Origin: Candidatus Borrarchaeum weybense
GTDB lineage: Archaea; Asgardarchaeota; Sifarchaeia; Borrarchaeales; Borrarchaeaceae
Length of the DNA stretch: 64,000 nt
Direction: 5' to 3'
Assembly (NCBI GenBank): GCA_019057385.1
Contig: JAHQJS010000004.1
Location: forward strand, 320,001-384,000
Positions 19,542 through 29,281 of this stretch are shown here, piece by piece; position 1 is the stretch's first letter; each line of letters opens with the position of its first letter. The position numbers and the translations under genes are program-made. The notes under the pieces were generated by a model. It saw only the letters and a list, made by a program, of their open reading frames with translations, was not told the origin of the DNA and searched no databases.

Positions 19542-20354
19542 TTACATGTCCTCTTTCAGGTCATCAAGATAAAGGTTGACCATTAATAAGAGATGGTTTT
19601 TCAAAGAAGAAAAACCATAGGTTAGTGCTTCGTTGATTTTATCAAGGTCATTGCATTTTCGAATAAAGGTATAAAGTGCAAAAGGAGAGTATTGGCGCAG
19701 TTCTATCTCTCTTTTTAACGCGTTGAAATCTATCTCTTCTGATTCTGCTACATGATAACGTGAAAATGCAGTCCATCTAAATTTTCGAGAAATCATTGCA
19801 GACCATCTATCATAATTTTGTAGTAAAGAAAGCAGAGGAAAGTCTTTTTCATCTATAGTATAATTATGATGGTTCTTTGCGAGCTGATAGACTTCGTCAT
19901 TAATTATATCAACATCAGTATAAATTTTGCTTGGATGTCGATCAGTGCTTACAAAATCATGCAGGAGCATTGCTATAATTAACTTTTCCTGCACATCTGA
20001 GAGTTTTGGAAGTTTCTTACGTATGTTAATCTTTCTCGAAATATAGAGGGGTTTTTTCTTGAATTCACTCACAGAAGTCCAAAAGATTTGTCCCACCCCC
20101 TCACATGTATAACTCCCGACACTATCAATAGCTAGTGCTTTTTCAAGTTTATGTTCTGGAACGATGAACTCAACATTACCAAACCATGCCCTAAAGGTCA
20201 TTGGAGCACGTCTTTGTCCTACCGTTAATTTTCCGAATACCCTGGGACGACCATTTATAGTCATCGCACCAACATCGGTAACTCCAAAATGTCTACGCCT
20301 TGAAACGATAGGAGTTTTTGTATAACCAATCAATTTAAAGTATTTTTGTGACAT
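19542..20354 (-). CDS. Cas5-like RAMP fused to HD nuclease domain
   Basis: N-terminal beta-rich RAMP ending in G-loop VGSYTCEGVGQI; LLHDF..NHH..YDRWSA and C-terminal SLKNH. Confidence 0.7.
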   Translation of the reverse strand: MSQKYFKLIGYTKTPIVSRRRHFGVTDVGAMTINGRPRVFGKLTVGQRRAPMTFRAWFGNVEFIVPEHKLEKALAIDSVGSYTCEGVGQIFWTSVSEFKKKPLYISRKINIRKKLPKLSDVQEKLIIAMLLHDFVSTDRHPSKIYTDVDIINDEVYQLAKNHHNYTIDEKDFPLLSLLQNYDRWSAMISRKFRWTAFSRYHVAESEEIDFNALKREIELRQYSPFALYTFIRKCNDLDKINEALTYGFSSLKNHLLLMVNLYLDDLKEDM

Positions 20355-20404
20355 TTATTCCCCTCATTTGAGGTTTTACCTCCTCTTTAAACAAAAGAGA
20401 GGAG

Positions 20405-20570
20405 ATATAAACCTTGCCAAAGTAAACACGTTTGCAACTGTTGTTTGTAAAGTGGGTATGACATTTATCGTCCCTTGCGAGTCATCCATCCCCAATAATC
20501 GAGGCGTCGGACCTCTAAGTTGGTTCAGTCTCATGCACAAGAACGTATCACTCACATCAGTAGGTGATAG
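20405..20570 (-). ncRNA. Putative guide RNA 2: scaffold (20452-20546 core) plus spacer matching the cas7 promoter
   Basis: Second scaffold copy; 20405-20451 aligns to 21454-21501 (42/47 identities, one gap); followed by a CTCCTCT/AGAGGAG hairpin. Confidence 0.8.
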
Positions 20571-20608
20571 ACCGTTATGAGATGAGAAAAAAAGTTGAGA
20601 TAAATATG

Positions 20609-21418
20609 TCACACAACCACCTTCTCACCCTGTCCACTCATAAGATTCAAAGAAGTTCTCCAACCCTCGATATTACTTAGAGTTAGTGGAGTTTCAGTGG
20701 TTTCTTCGATAATTTTATAATTTCCTTCACTATCCTCTCCGATTCTTCGAATAGTTTCAACCTTCTGAAGAGCAATATTAAGGATCTTGACGCAACCATA
20801 ACCACTTGCCCGTCCTGCTCCAAGAATTTCTACGTAGAGCATTGCCTCTATAAGAAACTTGATTTCACCATCAGTTAAGTTAGTCACATCAATGTGAAAG
20901 GAAAAAAATCCGCTGAAATAACTCTCACGAAAGTCTTGGATAGGAATACCATCATAGGCAAGAGCTATCCTATTTTCGCTAGCGATGTGGACATTTTGAA
21001 CAGGCACTTCAGTTGTGTATTCCTTATGTTTAATCGAGACAATAGGATCTGCAGCGACAACAATAGAGGACTTTTCGCGGAAGGTGCCAAAGATTGTTCG
21101 GAGAATACAGGGAGGATCACATGTACCAAGCGCATGAAACCCTTTCGGAAGAACACTTTTACCATCTTTAAGCGCTGTTTTCTCAGAACTGTGACAGACT
21201 TCAATGTTGCAGTCTTGAGCAAGCTCCATACAGGCATGTCTTAGCATTCCTCGGATACCTTTAATGTAATAAAACTTAGTATTGAATGTCTTTGAACTGT
21301 TTGTGTAAGGAAGTTTCCCTAACAAGAGCATGCTAGAATTTTTCTGAATCGAGGCATTGATAGGCTTTGCTATGGGTGTAAAGGCATGAATAACTATCTG
21401 TTTTTTGATTTTTCTCAT
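20609..21418 (-). CDS. Cas7-group RAMP (Csm3/Csf2-like backbone subunit)
   Basis: TPI near N-terminus, KGIRGMLRH, Cys cluster ..C..PCILRTIFG, ENRI, C-terminal G-loop LGAGRASGYG. Confidence 0.82.
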   Translation of the reverse strand: MRKIKKQIVIHAFTPIAKPINASIQKNSSMLLLGKLPYTNSSKTFNTKFYYIKGIRGMLRHACMELAQDCNIEVCHSSEKTALKDGKSVLPKGFHALGTCDPPCILRTIFGTFREKSSIVVAADPIVSIKHKEYTTEVPVQNVHIASENRIALAYDGIPIQDFRESYFSGFFSFHIDVTNLTDGEIKFLIEAMLYVEILGAGRASGYGCVKILNIALQKVETIRRIGEDSEGNYKIIEETTETPLTLSNIEGWRTSLNLMSGQGEKVVV

Positions 21419-21452
21419 GTTTCCAACCTCAGATATATTTAGTACAAGTACC

Positions 21453-21501
21453 TATATAAACCTTGCTCAAAATAAACACTTTTCCAACTTTTGTTAGTAA
21501 A
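21453..21501 (-). promoter_or_regulatory. cas7 promoter (TATA/BRE region); predicted target of guide 2
   Basis: TTTATATA at 21453-21460, ~35 bp upstream of the cas7 ATG; same ACCTATATAAAC context as the guide-1 promoter. Confidence 0.75.
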
Positions 21502-21764
21502 ATGGGGATTAAATTGACTTCCATTTTAGAAATAAAGCATTTTTAACAGTTTTTAGATGAAAAACCATCGAATATTTAGTGCCTGCTTTATAAATAACAA
21601 AGTCAAGCAACAATTTACATCATCATCTCTTTAAAAGAATAAACATATGATTTAACAAAATTAAGCGATTACGAGAATTCACAAGGAATACATTAATGGT
21701 GTCAACTAAACTAAAAAATGTTCTTAAAAGAATAATTGTACCATTGATGGTTGCTAATAAATCA

Positions 21765-24700
21765 TTAGGGCAAAAGATCCTTAACTATAACTGGAGGACC
21801 TTTTTTCTGTGGTGTATAAATTCCCTCCATGTGTTGAAACCTTTCAAACATTAGAAGAAGAGCTTCTTTATCTGGAGCATAAATAAAGGGGACGAATCGC
21901 TTCTTTTCTAGCAAAAAATCCTTGAGTTGTAGTGCGCACTGCCTTATAGCATCCTTTACTGTCATATATTCATCCAGATAGTATATCTCTTGATTAAGTA
22001 TATCACCAACCAGTCTCTCAACTTTGTAGTGCCCGTTCCACGTTAAATGATAGAATCGTTCACGCTCTAATGTTTTACGTATCTTAAAATCGGCTTTTGT
22101 AAATTTACCATATATACATGCTAAGATGAAGGTGAACCTGAATAGGGGAAGAAACATCTCTCGGAAGTCAACGACGGTGCCAAGAAAGGATCGCCGTGTT
22201 TTCTTAAAATGCAATATCAGTTCATCGGGCACCCATGAGAACCCTACTTCAGCGAGTGCTTTTCGACAGTAAAAATTAAGATGGCGATAGACGGCATTGA
22301 GTGCCGCACTAAAGGGAGTTCGCGCCTTTGCTTCACCCAGAAGCACCACTGTGGCAATATAGCGATCGAGGGTACGACTAATGATCTCAAAGTAACTGCC
22401 TTGCAGCAAATGCTTGGGAACCTCCCAGGCAACGCTTTCCACTACCCCTTCAAGACCGCGAAGGTTGTCAATATTGCCCCGCCAATAGAGAAAAGTGTAC
22501 GCCACGCGATCCAGCAGTTGGGATAAGAATTCCTGTGCCTCCGCAGAAGATAATATCCCCTCTTTTTCAAACCAGAGAATTGCATTGGCGAGCCCCATAT
22601 TTTTACCCATCACCAGCAGCCTCGCTAATAACGTGCCTCGTTCCGTCCCTCTGAGTTGCTGGGCGGTGTGTTTCAGTTCATCAGCTAATTGTTGTTTCTC
22701 TGGTGTCAGTGTATGCTGTGCAAAGAATCTGCCTTCGGGCGAATTAATATCAATGAGTTTCTTGCCATAGTTCTTACGAACTAGTTGCGAAACTTCTCCA
22801 CCCTCGATGATGATGTGACAGATAGCACCGATTAAATATCGATGTGTTGTTTTCCCGTCCTTTAGTGCATGAGCAAATCGTTTTTTCTTAATATCAAGCC
22901 GTTCACCGCACTTGACACGAATGGTTCGTTTTGGTCGTCGAATGTAAACCTTTGTTTTTTTAACCCGCGGGACATAATTTCCGGGCTTGCCTAAAAGCAA
23001 ATCCAATCCTTTTAGCATCAAACCTCGGTTGCCTGGTTTCACCACCAAGTCACCTTTCATGGTCAAATAATAGCGGGAATTGCATTCGGGACAGACTGTG
23101 TATTCATTATAGCAGGATGGCAATTCCACCGTACCGCCGGAGTAGCAGAAGTAGCACGGAGTATCATCGAGTGTTTCTTGTATGGCACTAATTGTGCGCT
23201 TTTTTAACTCCCGCGCTTTCTGATGGTATTCGCAGGCACCCATCTTTGGTGCGGCATAGGATTTCCTTTCTTGCCTTCCAATTTTTGTGTTATACTTTTG
23301 ATTCAACACACAGATATGTGCACGTTTCGATCTGCGACGATCCTTCATAGAATTTATCCGAAAGAAGCCACATGAACCACAGGTGAGCCGCAGATGTTCA
23401 GGAATACTCATATTCGCGTCTGCCACATAGATTTTAGGGCGACCTCGTAACTGCCCTCGAGAGATAAATTGGATTTTTCCTTGGATTCCTAACTTCTTTG
23501 CATGTTTCACTACCGTAGTATGGTGAACTGGTCGATTATACTGTTTACGAACCTCTGACGTAATTTGTGCGTAAGAGATGACCTTATATTGATTAATAAT
23601 GTTATAAATTGCTTCTTGAAGTCCCGGATATGGTATCGGTCTGTACTTTGGATACCTGCGTCTCCTTCTGCCTTTGTTCCCTCTTTCAACTTCAGGCTCT
23701 TTGTATTCAGGATTTAGTTTTGTGGTAAGTTTTTTGGCAACCCTTGCCGCCCTCGGGTCACTGCGCCCCAGATAGTCATAACTTGCTTCTGCGATCCACG
23801 ACGCCGTCTTTCTATGTGCTTCTGCATCACCCGGTCGTATGTTTACCCGAGTTGCAGCTTTTGTGACCGAAGAACCCTGACTGAGTAACCATACGAAAGA
23901 GGCATATTGCTGGGCGGTATATCGTGTGGTGTTGCTCACTTCATGTATGCTTCGACCGATTAGTGTAATTACGTGCCGGGAGAATTCCCGTTCTGAGGAG
24001 CAATGATGTGTGGCAAAAAACTTCTTGATCCTTAAGGCGGTTTTAATCGGCAGTAAAAATTGGCTGGCCCAGCGTCCTTTGGCTGTTGCACTAAACTTTC
24101 CACCATTTCTTTTGATAAAACCTTCCTTGATAAGTGTGTGAAGGATTCCCTCTCTTTTTTTCTTCGGTTCATCCTGCTTAGGTCGAGCTAACAGTTTCTC
24201 TCTTAGTTGTTGTGTAAAGTCTTTCAACTGGTCGTGGGTGAATGGTGTCAACAGTAAGCGAAGCTCTCCGTTTTTGACCCCGCGTGTAGTGGTGTTCTTC
24301 TTGACCCACATGAAGAATTTTCTCGTTACACGTTTCAAGTCGAATGGGAGAGAGCCTTCGTGCGTTTCGCGCAATAAGGACAGTAAATGAAGTTCGTTAT
24401 TGAGCCGACAAAGCTCCTCTTCCTGGTTCATGAGTGCGTTATTCATTAGTTCGGACCAATTCTGTAGCAATGCTTTGTGTTGATGCCAGAAGTAATGTCT
24501 TTCAAGTTTGTGAAGTAATTGATTCGTGGATGCCGAGCCTCTAGCTATCAGGGTGAGTACAATATCTGCCAAAGAAGAACGTGCCTGGCTTGTTATACGA
24601 TGTTCTTTGACTATCAATTGTCCCTCGACGATTTGTATCTCCTTTTGCTTCAAAATTTCTTGATCGTCCCCCACGAAGATCAGATCAGCATAGCCCACCC

Positions 24701-25775
24701 GATGATGGCGCGGTCGTGCCGCCCTGCCACTCAATTGTATCAACAGGTGAGGGTTGAACATCCCGGCATCGGCAATTATCACCCGTTTGATCGGAAAGTC
24801 CACCCCCTCTCCGTATTGAATCGTTGACAGAAAAACCTGAAATTCACCCTTCTTAAGCCGTCTCATAGCTTCTTGTTGTTCCTCTTTACTGAGCCCGGCG
24901 TGACTGTAGCCCACGGTGAGATCGAGTCCACAACTCTTAAGAAAGGACTGCAACTCTATAGCTCGTTGTTCAACCTGATTTCGTGTGTAGCAAAAGATGT
25001 GCACGATTTTAGTCCCCTGATCATCACCATACGAGCGTTGTTCAAAGGTCTTTTTGATCAAGCGAGCGAACAGAAAGCGTTTTTTTCGTTCAATCTGCTC
25101 TATGGTGCTGCCTGAAACCCCACAAGATGACACAATAAGCTTCGACTGCCGTTCGTTGGTATGGATAAGTTGAGCGTCAAGCCAACTTACCAGTTCCTCG
25201 GCATTCCCCAGAGTAGCCGAGAGATAGATGATATGCGGGCGAGGGCGTAACCAAGATCTTGCATTGACGATTGCAGTTTCTAGGCGAGCACCCCGCCCTT
25301 TGTTGCCCAGATTGTGCAGTTCATCGACCACAATCAATCCTATCTTGTCTAAAAACGGATACTCGAAATGCTTAACTAGCAGTCCATTGAAGGATTCGTA
25401 GGTGCTGATGAGGATATCCGCCGTTTCAAGCTCTTCAGGAGACGAACGGTCATCTCCGCTGACTTTGAGGATGGTACAGGCGTCGTGATACCACTCTTTG
25501 AACTTGTCATACATCTGATCGATCAGCCGTTTGGTCGGCTCAAGAATTACACAGCGCATCCCTTTTCCAAGCACGCGGGTAGACACTATTTGGGATATCA
25601 AGGTTTTTCCCGAAGCGGTAGGAGTGTACAACACCTTGTCCTGCCTTTGTTTACCAGAAAAACATGCCTCCCATTGAAAGTCGTAGAGGGCGTTAATGTC
25701 AGCCTGTTCCAACCGTTGACGTATGAATTCGTAGTTTAACCCTCTTTTCGTCATTGTAATGAACTGGCCTCTCAA
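21765..25775 (-). CDS. Ski2/Hel308-like SF2 helicase - HTH/Zn-finger linker - divergent Cas1 integrase fusion
   Basis: Helicase: PTASGKT, DELH, SAT, HAGL, QLSGRAAR. Cas1 (~21765-22950): LRGLEG, PFSAALNAVY, ILH, DFREMF. Start may be ATG 25754; TATA box at ~25810. Confidence 0.82.
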   Translation of the reverse strand: MRGQFITMTKRGLNYEFIRQRLEQADINALYDFQWEACFSGKQRQDKVLYTPTASGKTLISQIVSTRVLGKGMRCVILEPTKRLIDQMYDKFKEWYHDACTILKVSGDDRSSPEELETADILISTYESFNGLLVKHFEYPFLDKIGLIVVDELHNLGNKGRGARLETAIVNARSWLRPRPHIIYLSATLGNAEELVSWLDAQLIHTNERQSKLIVSSCGVSGSTIEQIERKKRFLFARLIKKTFEQRSYGDDQGTKIVHIFCYTRNQVEQRAIELQSFLKSCGLDLTVGYSHAGLSKEEQQEAMRRLKKGEFQVFLSTIQYGEGVDFPIKRVIIADAGMFNPHLLIQLSGRAARPRHHRVGYADLIFVGDDQEILKQKEIQIVEGQLIVKEHRITSQARSSLADIVLTLIARGSASTNQLLHKLERHYFWHQHKALLQNWSELMNNALMNQEEELCRLNNELHLLSLLRETHEGSLPFDLKRVTRKFFMWVKKNTTTRGVKNGELRLLLTPFTHDQLKDFTQQLREKLLARPKQDEPKKKREGILHTLIKEGFIKRNGGKFSATAKGRWASQFLLPIKTALRIKKFFATHHCSSEREFSRHVITLIGRSIHEVSNTTRYTAQQYASFVWLLSQGSSVTKAATRVNIRPGDAEAHRKTASWIAEASYDYLGRSDPRAARVAKKLTTKLNPEYKEPEVERGNKGRRRRRYPKYRPIPYPGLQEAIYNIINQYKVISYAQITSEVRKQYNRPVHHTTVVKHAKKLGIQGKIQFISRGQLRGRPKIYVADANMSIPEHLRLTCGSCGFFRINSMKDRRRSKRAHICVLNQKYNTKIGRQERKSYAAPKMGACEYHQKARELKKRTISAIQETLDDTPCYFCYSGGTVELPSCYNEYTVCPECNSRYYLTMKGDLVVKPGNRGLMLKGLDLLLGKPGNYVPRVKKTKVYIRRPKRTIRVKCGERLDIKKKRFAHALKDGKTTHRYLIGAICHIIIEGGEVSQLVRKNYGKKLIDINSPEGRFFAQHTLTPEKQQLADELKHTAQQLRGTERGTLLARLLVMGKNMGLANAILWFEKEGILSSAEAQEFLSQLLDRVAYTFLYWRGNIDNLRGLEGVVESVAWEVPKHLLQGSYFEIISRTLDRYIATVVLLGEAKARTPFSAALNAVYRHLNFYCRKALAEVGFSWVPDELILHFKKTRRSFLGTVVDFREMFLPLFRFTFILACIYGKFTKADFKIRKTLERERFYHLTWNGHYKVERLVGDILNQEIYYLDEYMTVKDAIRQCALQLKDFLLEKKRFVPFIYAPDKEALLLMFERFQHMEGIYTPQKKGPPVIVKDLLP

Positions 25776-26228
25776 TTCCTGCCTCTCATTTACAATGGTT
25801 GCAAATTTCTATATAAAGAGGGGAACTTTTGGATCGCTGGCTCGAAAAACTATGTCACTTGAACTCTTCACAAACCAAAGCGTTTTCCAAATCAAATGCT
25901 ATTAGACACAAATTAGAGATCGTTACTTTCATTAATTGAATCTACACGAACTCTCACTAAAAACAAAATTGTAGCATTTATGAAAGAATTTTCAAATGAT
26001 AGCATCATTTGATAACGGGAACGTAATCTAATTTCGGGACGGTAAAATTATCGCTAAAACTAGGAATATGAATCTTTGAAATCATATAGGAGAGGAACTT
26101 CAACTCACTAGAGAGGCATAAGGATATGTGAAATCATAATTAAACAAATATGTCCAGCAAAAAATTACTAAGCTTTATTAGTTGCCAAGCTAATATCTAG
26201 ACGATTAATATGGACGCGGTTCGTAAAA

Positions 26229-28469
26229 ATGCCAACAGATGACCATTTTAAAAGAGGAATTGAATTCTTCAATCGAAAACAATACAAGAAGGCCATTAAA
26301 GCATTCAAGAAGGCTTTAACGTCAGACCAAGAACACTATGTGATATGGTACAACATGGGATTAGCTTTCTCGAAACTAGATAAATTCACTAATGCCATTT
26401 ATTGTTATAAAAAAGCCGTGAAAATTAACCCTGAGTTTGCAGAAGCGTGGGGCAACATGGGTGCTGCGTATCATGAGTTAGATAAGCTTAACAAAGCCAT
26501 CGAGTGCTTCCAAAGGGCATTGGAAATCAACCCTGAGTTAATAGACACATTAAACAATATGGCGGCAGTTTACATAAAATTAAATGAGTATAATAAAACT
26601 GTCGAATGTTATCAAAAAGTTTTGGAAATTGCCCCTATGAATAAAATCGCTTTGCATAATTTAGCTTGGGCTTATGGAAACTTAAATAATTATGAAAAAG
26701 CAGTTGAATATTACCAAAAGGCAATAAAAAACGAACCTGAATATGTATTCGCATGGAATAACTTAGGAGCGGTTTATGGAAAACTCGGTGAGTATAAAAA
26801 AGCCATTGAATGTTATGAAAAGGTCCTTAAACTTGACCCCATAAATGTAAAGGCATGGAAAGGCATAGAAATTGCTCACAGAAAATTAAACGAATTTGCT
26901 GAGGCAATTGAGTGTTGCCAAAGAGTTATAGAACTCAATTCTAGCGATATAGACACATGGAATAATATGGGCGTTTCCTACGGAGAATTGGGCGAATATA
27001 ATAAAGCTATCGCATGTTTTGAAGAAATATTAAGAATTGAACCCAATAACGCAAAAGCGCTGAATAACGCAGGAATTGCCTACGAAGGATTAAATGAGTT
27101 TAAAAATGCGCTTAACTATTATAAGAAGGCTTTAGAAATTGATCCTAATTATGTAGATGCATGGTACAACATGGGCAACGCCTATAAAAAGTTAGACGAA
27201 CACATGAAAGCAATTGATTGCTACAAGAAAGTCGTGGCAATTGACTCAGAGCATACAAAAGCATGGAATAATTTGGGCAATACCTATGAAAAATTAGACC
27301 TACATATGCCTGCGATCGAATGCTATGAGAAAGCGTTGAAAATTAACCCTGAGTTTGTTAATGCTTGGTATAACATAGGTAATGTCTATAGAAACTTAGA
27401 CGAAGACATGAAGGCGATTGAATGTTATAAGAAAGCTGTGGAAATCGACTCGAAGCACTCAAAAGCATGGGGAAATATGGGTGCCATTTACACGCTTTTA
27501 GGTGAACACATGTCTGCAATCGAGTGCTATAAGAATGCTGTAGAAGCTAGTCCTGAATATGCTGGCGCGTGGTATAACATGGGTGTGACCTATGTAGAAG
27601 TAGGCAAATACATGTCTGCAATCGAATGCTATAAGAAAGCATTGGAAATAAATCCCGATTATATAGATGCATGGACGGGGATGGGGATCGCGTATGCAAC
27701 GTCTGATAATTATAATAATGCCTTTGAGTCCTTTCAAAACGCATTGGACATCAATTCTGAAGATGTTGGTACATGGTACAATTTAGGTGTGACTTACAAG
27801 AAATTAGGAGAGCGTAACAAGGCACATGATTGTTTTAAAAAGGCTCTGGAGATCAATCCTAAAGATATATTGTCAGCATACAATATGGGGGCGATTCAAG
27901 CAGAACTAAATGCAGAAAAGAAGATCTCAGAATTAAAGAACGACGTTGATTTTCTGAAAGGTCAAGAACTAGAGAATAAGATAAGTGAACTTGTCGAGAA
28001 ATCGTATAGTTTTCAATGCAAAAGAGAATATCGTGTCCAAAAATTGGAGGACGAAGAAGTCGAAAAATTCATTGAAAGAGGTTGTTATAGAGAAAGTACT
28101 AAATCAGTTGAATTAGATGTAATAGCTATAAAGGAAGAAGCCAAAACTGGGAAAAAACGCCCTGCCATGTTACTTTGTGAGTGTAAAGCCAAAAATACGC
28201 ATACAAATGAAAAACAAATCAAATGTTTCCTTTTAAAGACAGAAATTTGGAAGAGAAAATTTACTGAATTTTATGAATCCATGCCTGATTATCTCGCCCC
28301 AGAGTTCATATTATGGTATGTTAGCTTAAAAGGATTTACCAGAAACGCTGAAACGCTAATAAATCAAAATAAGATTGAGCCCTTTGATCTTGAAAAATTA
28401 AACAAGGAATTGAAGAAAGTAAATATTCTAACAATTCCTAAGAGATTTATTGCAGAACAAGAAAATTAG
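26229..28469 (+). CDS. TPR-repeat protein with C-terminal PD-(D/E)xK (Mrr/restriction endonuclease-like) domain
   Basis: ~16 TPRs (AWYNMG..Y..AIECY.KAL.I.P); ELDVIA..CECK..VSLKGFT. Confidence 0.8.
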   Translation: MPTDDHFKRGIEFFNRKQYKKAIKAFKKALTSDQEHYVIWYNMGLAFSKLDKFTNAIYCYKKAVKINPEFAEAWGNMGAAYHELDKLNKAIECFQRALEINPELIDTLNNMAAVYIKLNEYNKTVECYQKVLEIAPMNKIALHNLAWAYGNLNNYEKAVEYYQKAIKNEPEYVFAWNNLGAVYGKLGEYKKAIECYEKVLKLDPINVKAWKGIEIAHRKLNEFAEAIECCQRVIELNSSDIDTWNNMGVSYGELGEYNKAIACFEEILRIEPNNAKALNNAGIAYEGLNEFKNALNYYKKALEIDPNYVDAWYNMGNAYKKLDEHMKAIDCYKKVVAIDSEHTKAWNNLGNTYEKLDLHMPAIECYEKALKINPEFVNAWYNIGNVYRNLDEDMKAIECYKKAVEIDSKHSKAWGNMGAIYTLLGEHMSAIECYKNAVEASPEYAGAWYNMGVTYVEVGKYMSAIECYKKALEINPDYIDAWTGMGIAYATSDNYNNAFESFQNALDINSEDVGTWYNLGVTYKKLGERNKAHDCFKKALEINPKDILSAYNMGAIQAELNAEKKISELKNDVDFLKGQELENKISELVEKSYSFQCKREYRVQKLEDEEVEKFIERGCYRESTKSVELDVIAIKEEAKTGKKRPAMLLCECKAKNTHTNEKQIKCFLLKTEIWKRKFTEFYESMPDYLAPEFILWYVSLKGFTRNAETLINQNKIEPFDLEKLNKELKKVNILTIPKRFIAEQEN

Positions 28470-28640
28470 GCTTAAAAGATCCTTCTAAACTTTCGACATG
28501 ACGTAATTGAACTAATAAAAATAAATAGCATAAAATGTGATAGATATGGAAAAAGTAGAAGCGTTTTCATGGTATTTTGTTAAAAATAAATGGCCTGATT
28601 TAATTAACCGTTTCCATATTTTTCCCATAGGACTTTTAGG

Positions 28641-29207
28641 TTGGTTATCAGAATAAAAACTACATATTATCCATCTCTTAATGTTCAACAAATTAACTTT
28701 GTCCAAACAATCCTTATAAGATGGTGGAAAGAGGAAATAAGTGCAAAAGGAAAAAGAGACTTTTTCTGGAGGAAATGGATACTTGATCCTAAGATGACTA
28801 CCGTCATTTTGGAGGATTTTTCGTTTCCTCGTGATTTTGGTATATTTTGTACTGAAACAGCCCTGCGAAAAACACGCGCTGAAACTGTAGAAATTCATTT
28901 TAGACCATTTTTCAGGAGGTTTCATAGTTTTCAAGAAGTTAAAGCTGCAGATACAAAAGAATTAAGAAAAGTCCTATACCCCCTAGGTCGTGTCTCCCAG
29001 AATGTACGAGACCTTAAACAACGGGCTACAATAATAATAAACGAATTTAATTCGGAAGTCCCATGTACTAAAGAATACATAAGACGTCTAATGAAAACCT
29101 ATACACGAAAAATCTTACTGGAACACAGTTTCGAACATGGAGATGCAATAAACAGTACTTTGGTGCCTTTGCCACAATTCCTCCATCAGCTAATTCTAAG
29201 AGATTAA
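28641..29207 (+). pseudogene. Truncated HhH-GPD DNA glycosylase (MutY/MIG-like)
   Basis: KRDFFWR, ETALRKTRAETV, PLG, EVPCTKE; similarity ends before the HhH motif and FeS cluster. Confidence 0.6.
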
Positions 29208-29281
29208 GAGGATACAACATTTAAACCTTTGTGTGAGACCTTTTTCGTCTACCGCAAGTCAATGACCTCATTATAAAATAG

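Noticed and set aside
21765-25775. Calling the helicase Cas3, or the locus a standard type I/IV system or casposon
   Set aside because: The helicase is Ski2/Hel308-like with no attached HD domain; no array, Cas2, Cas6, Cas8 or PolB is present.
26300-27900. ~102-bp periodic DNA repeats
   Set aside because: Explained by TPR coding repeats; not a CRISPR array.
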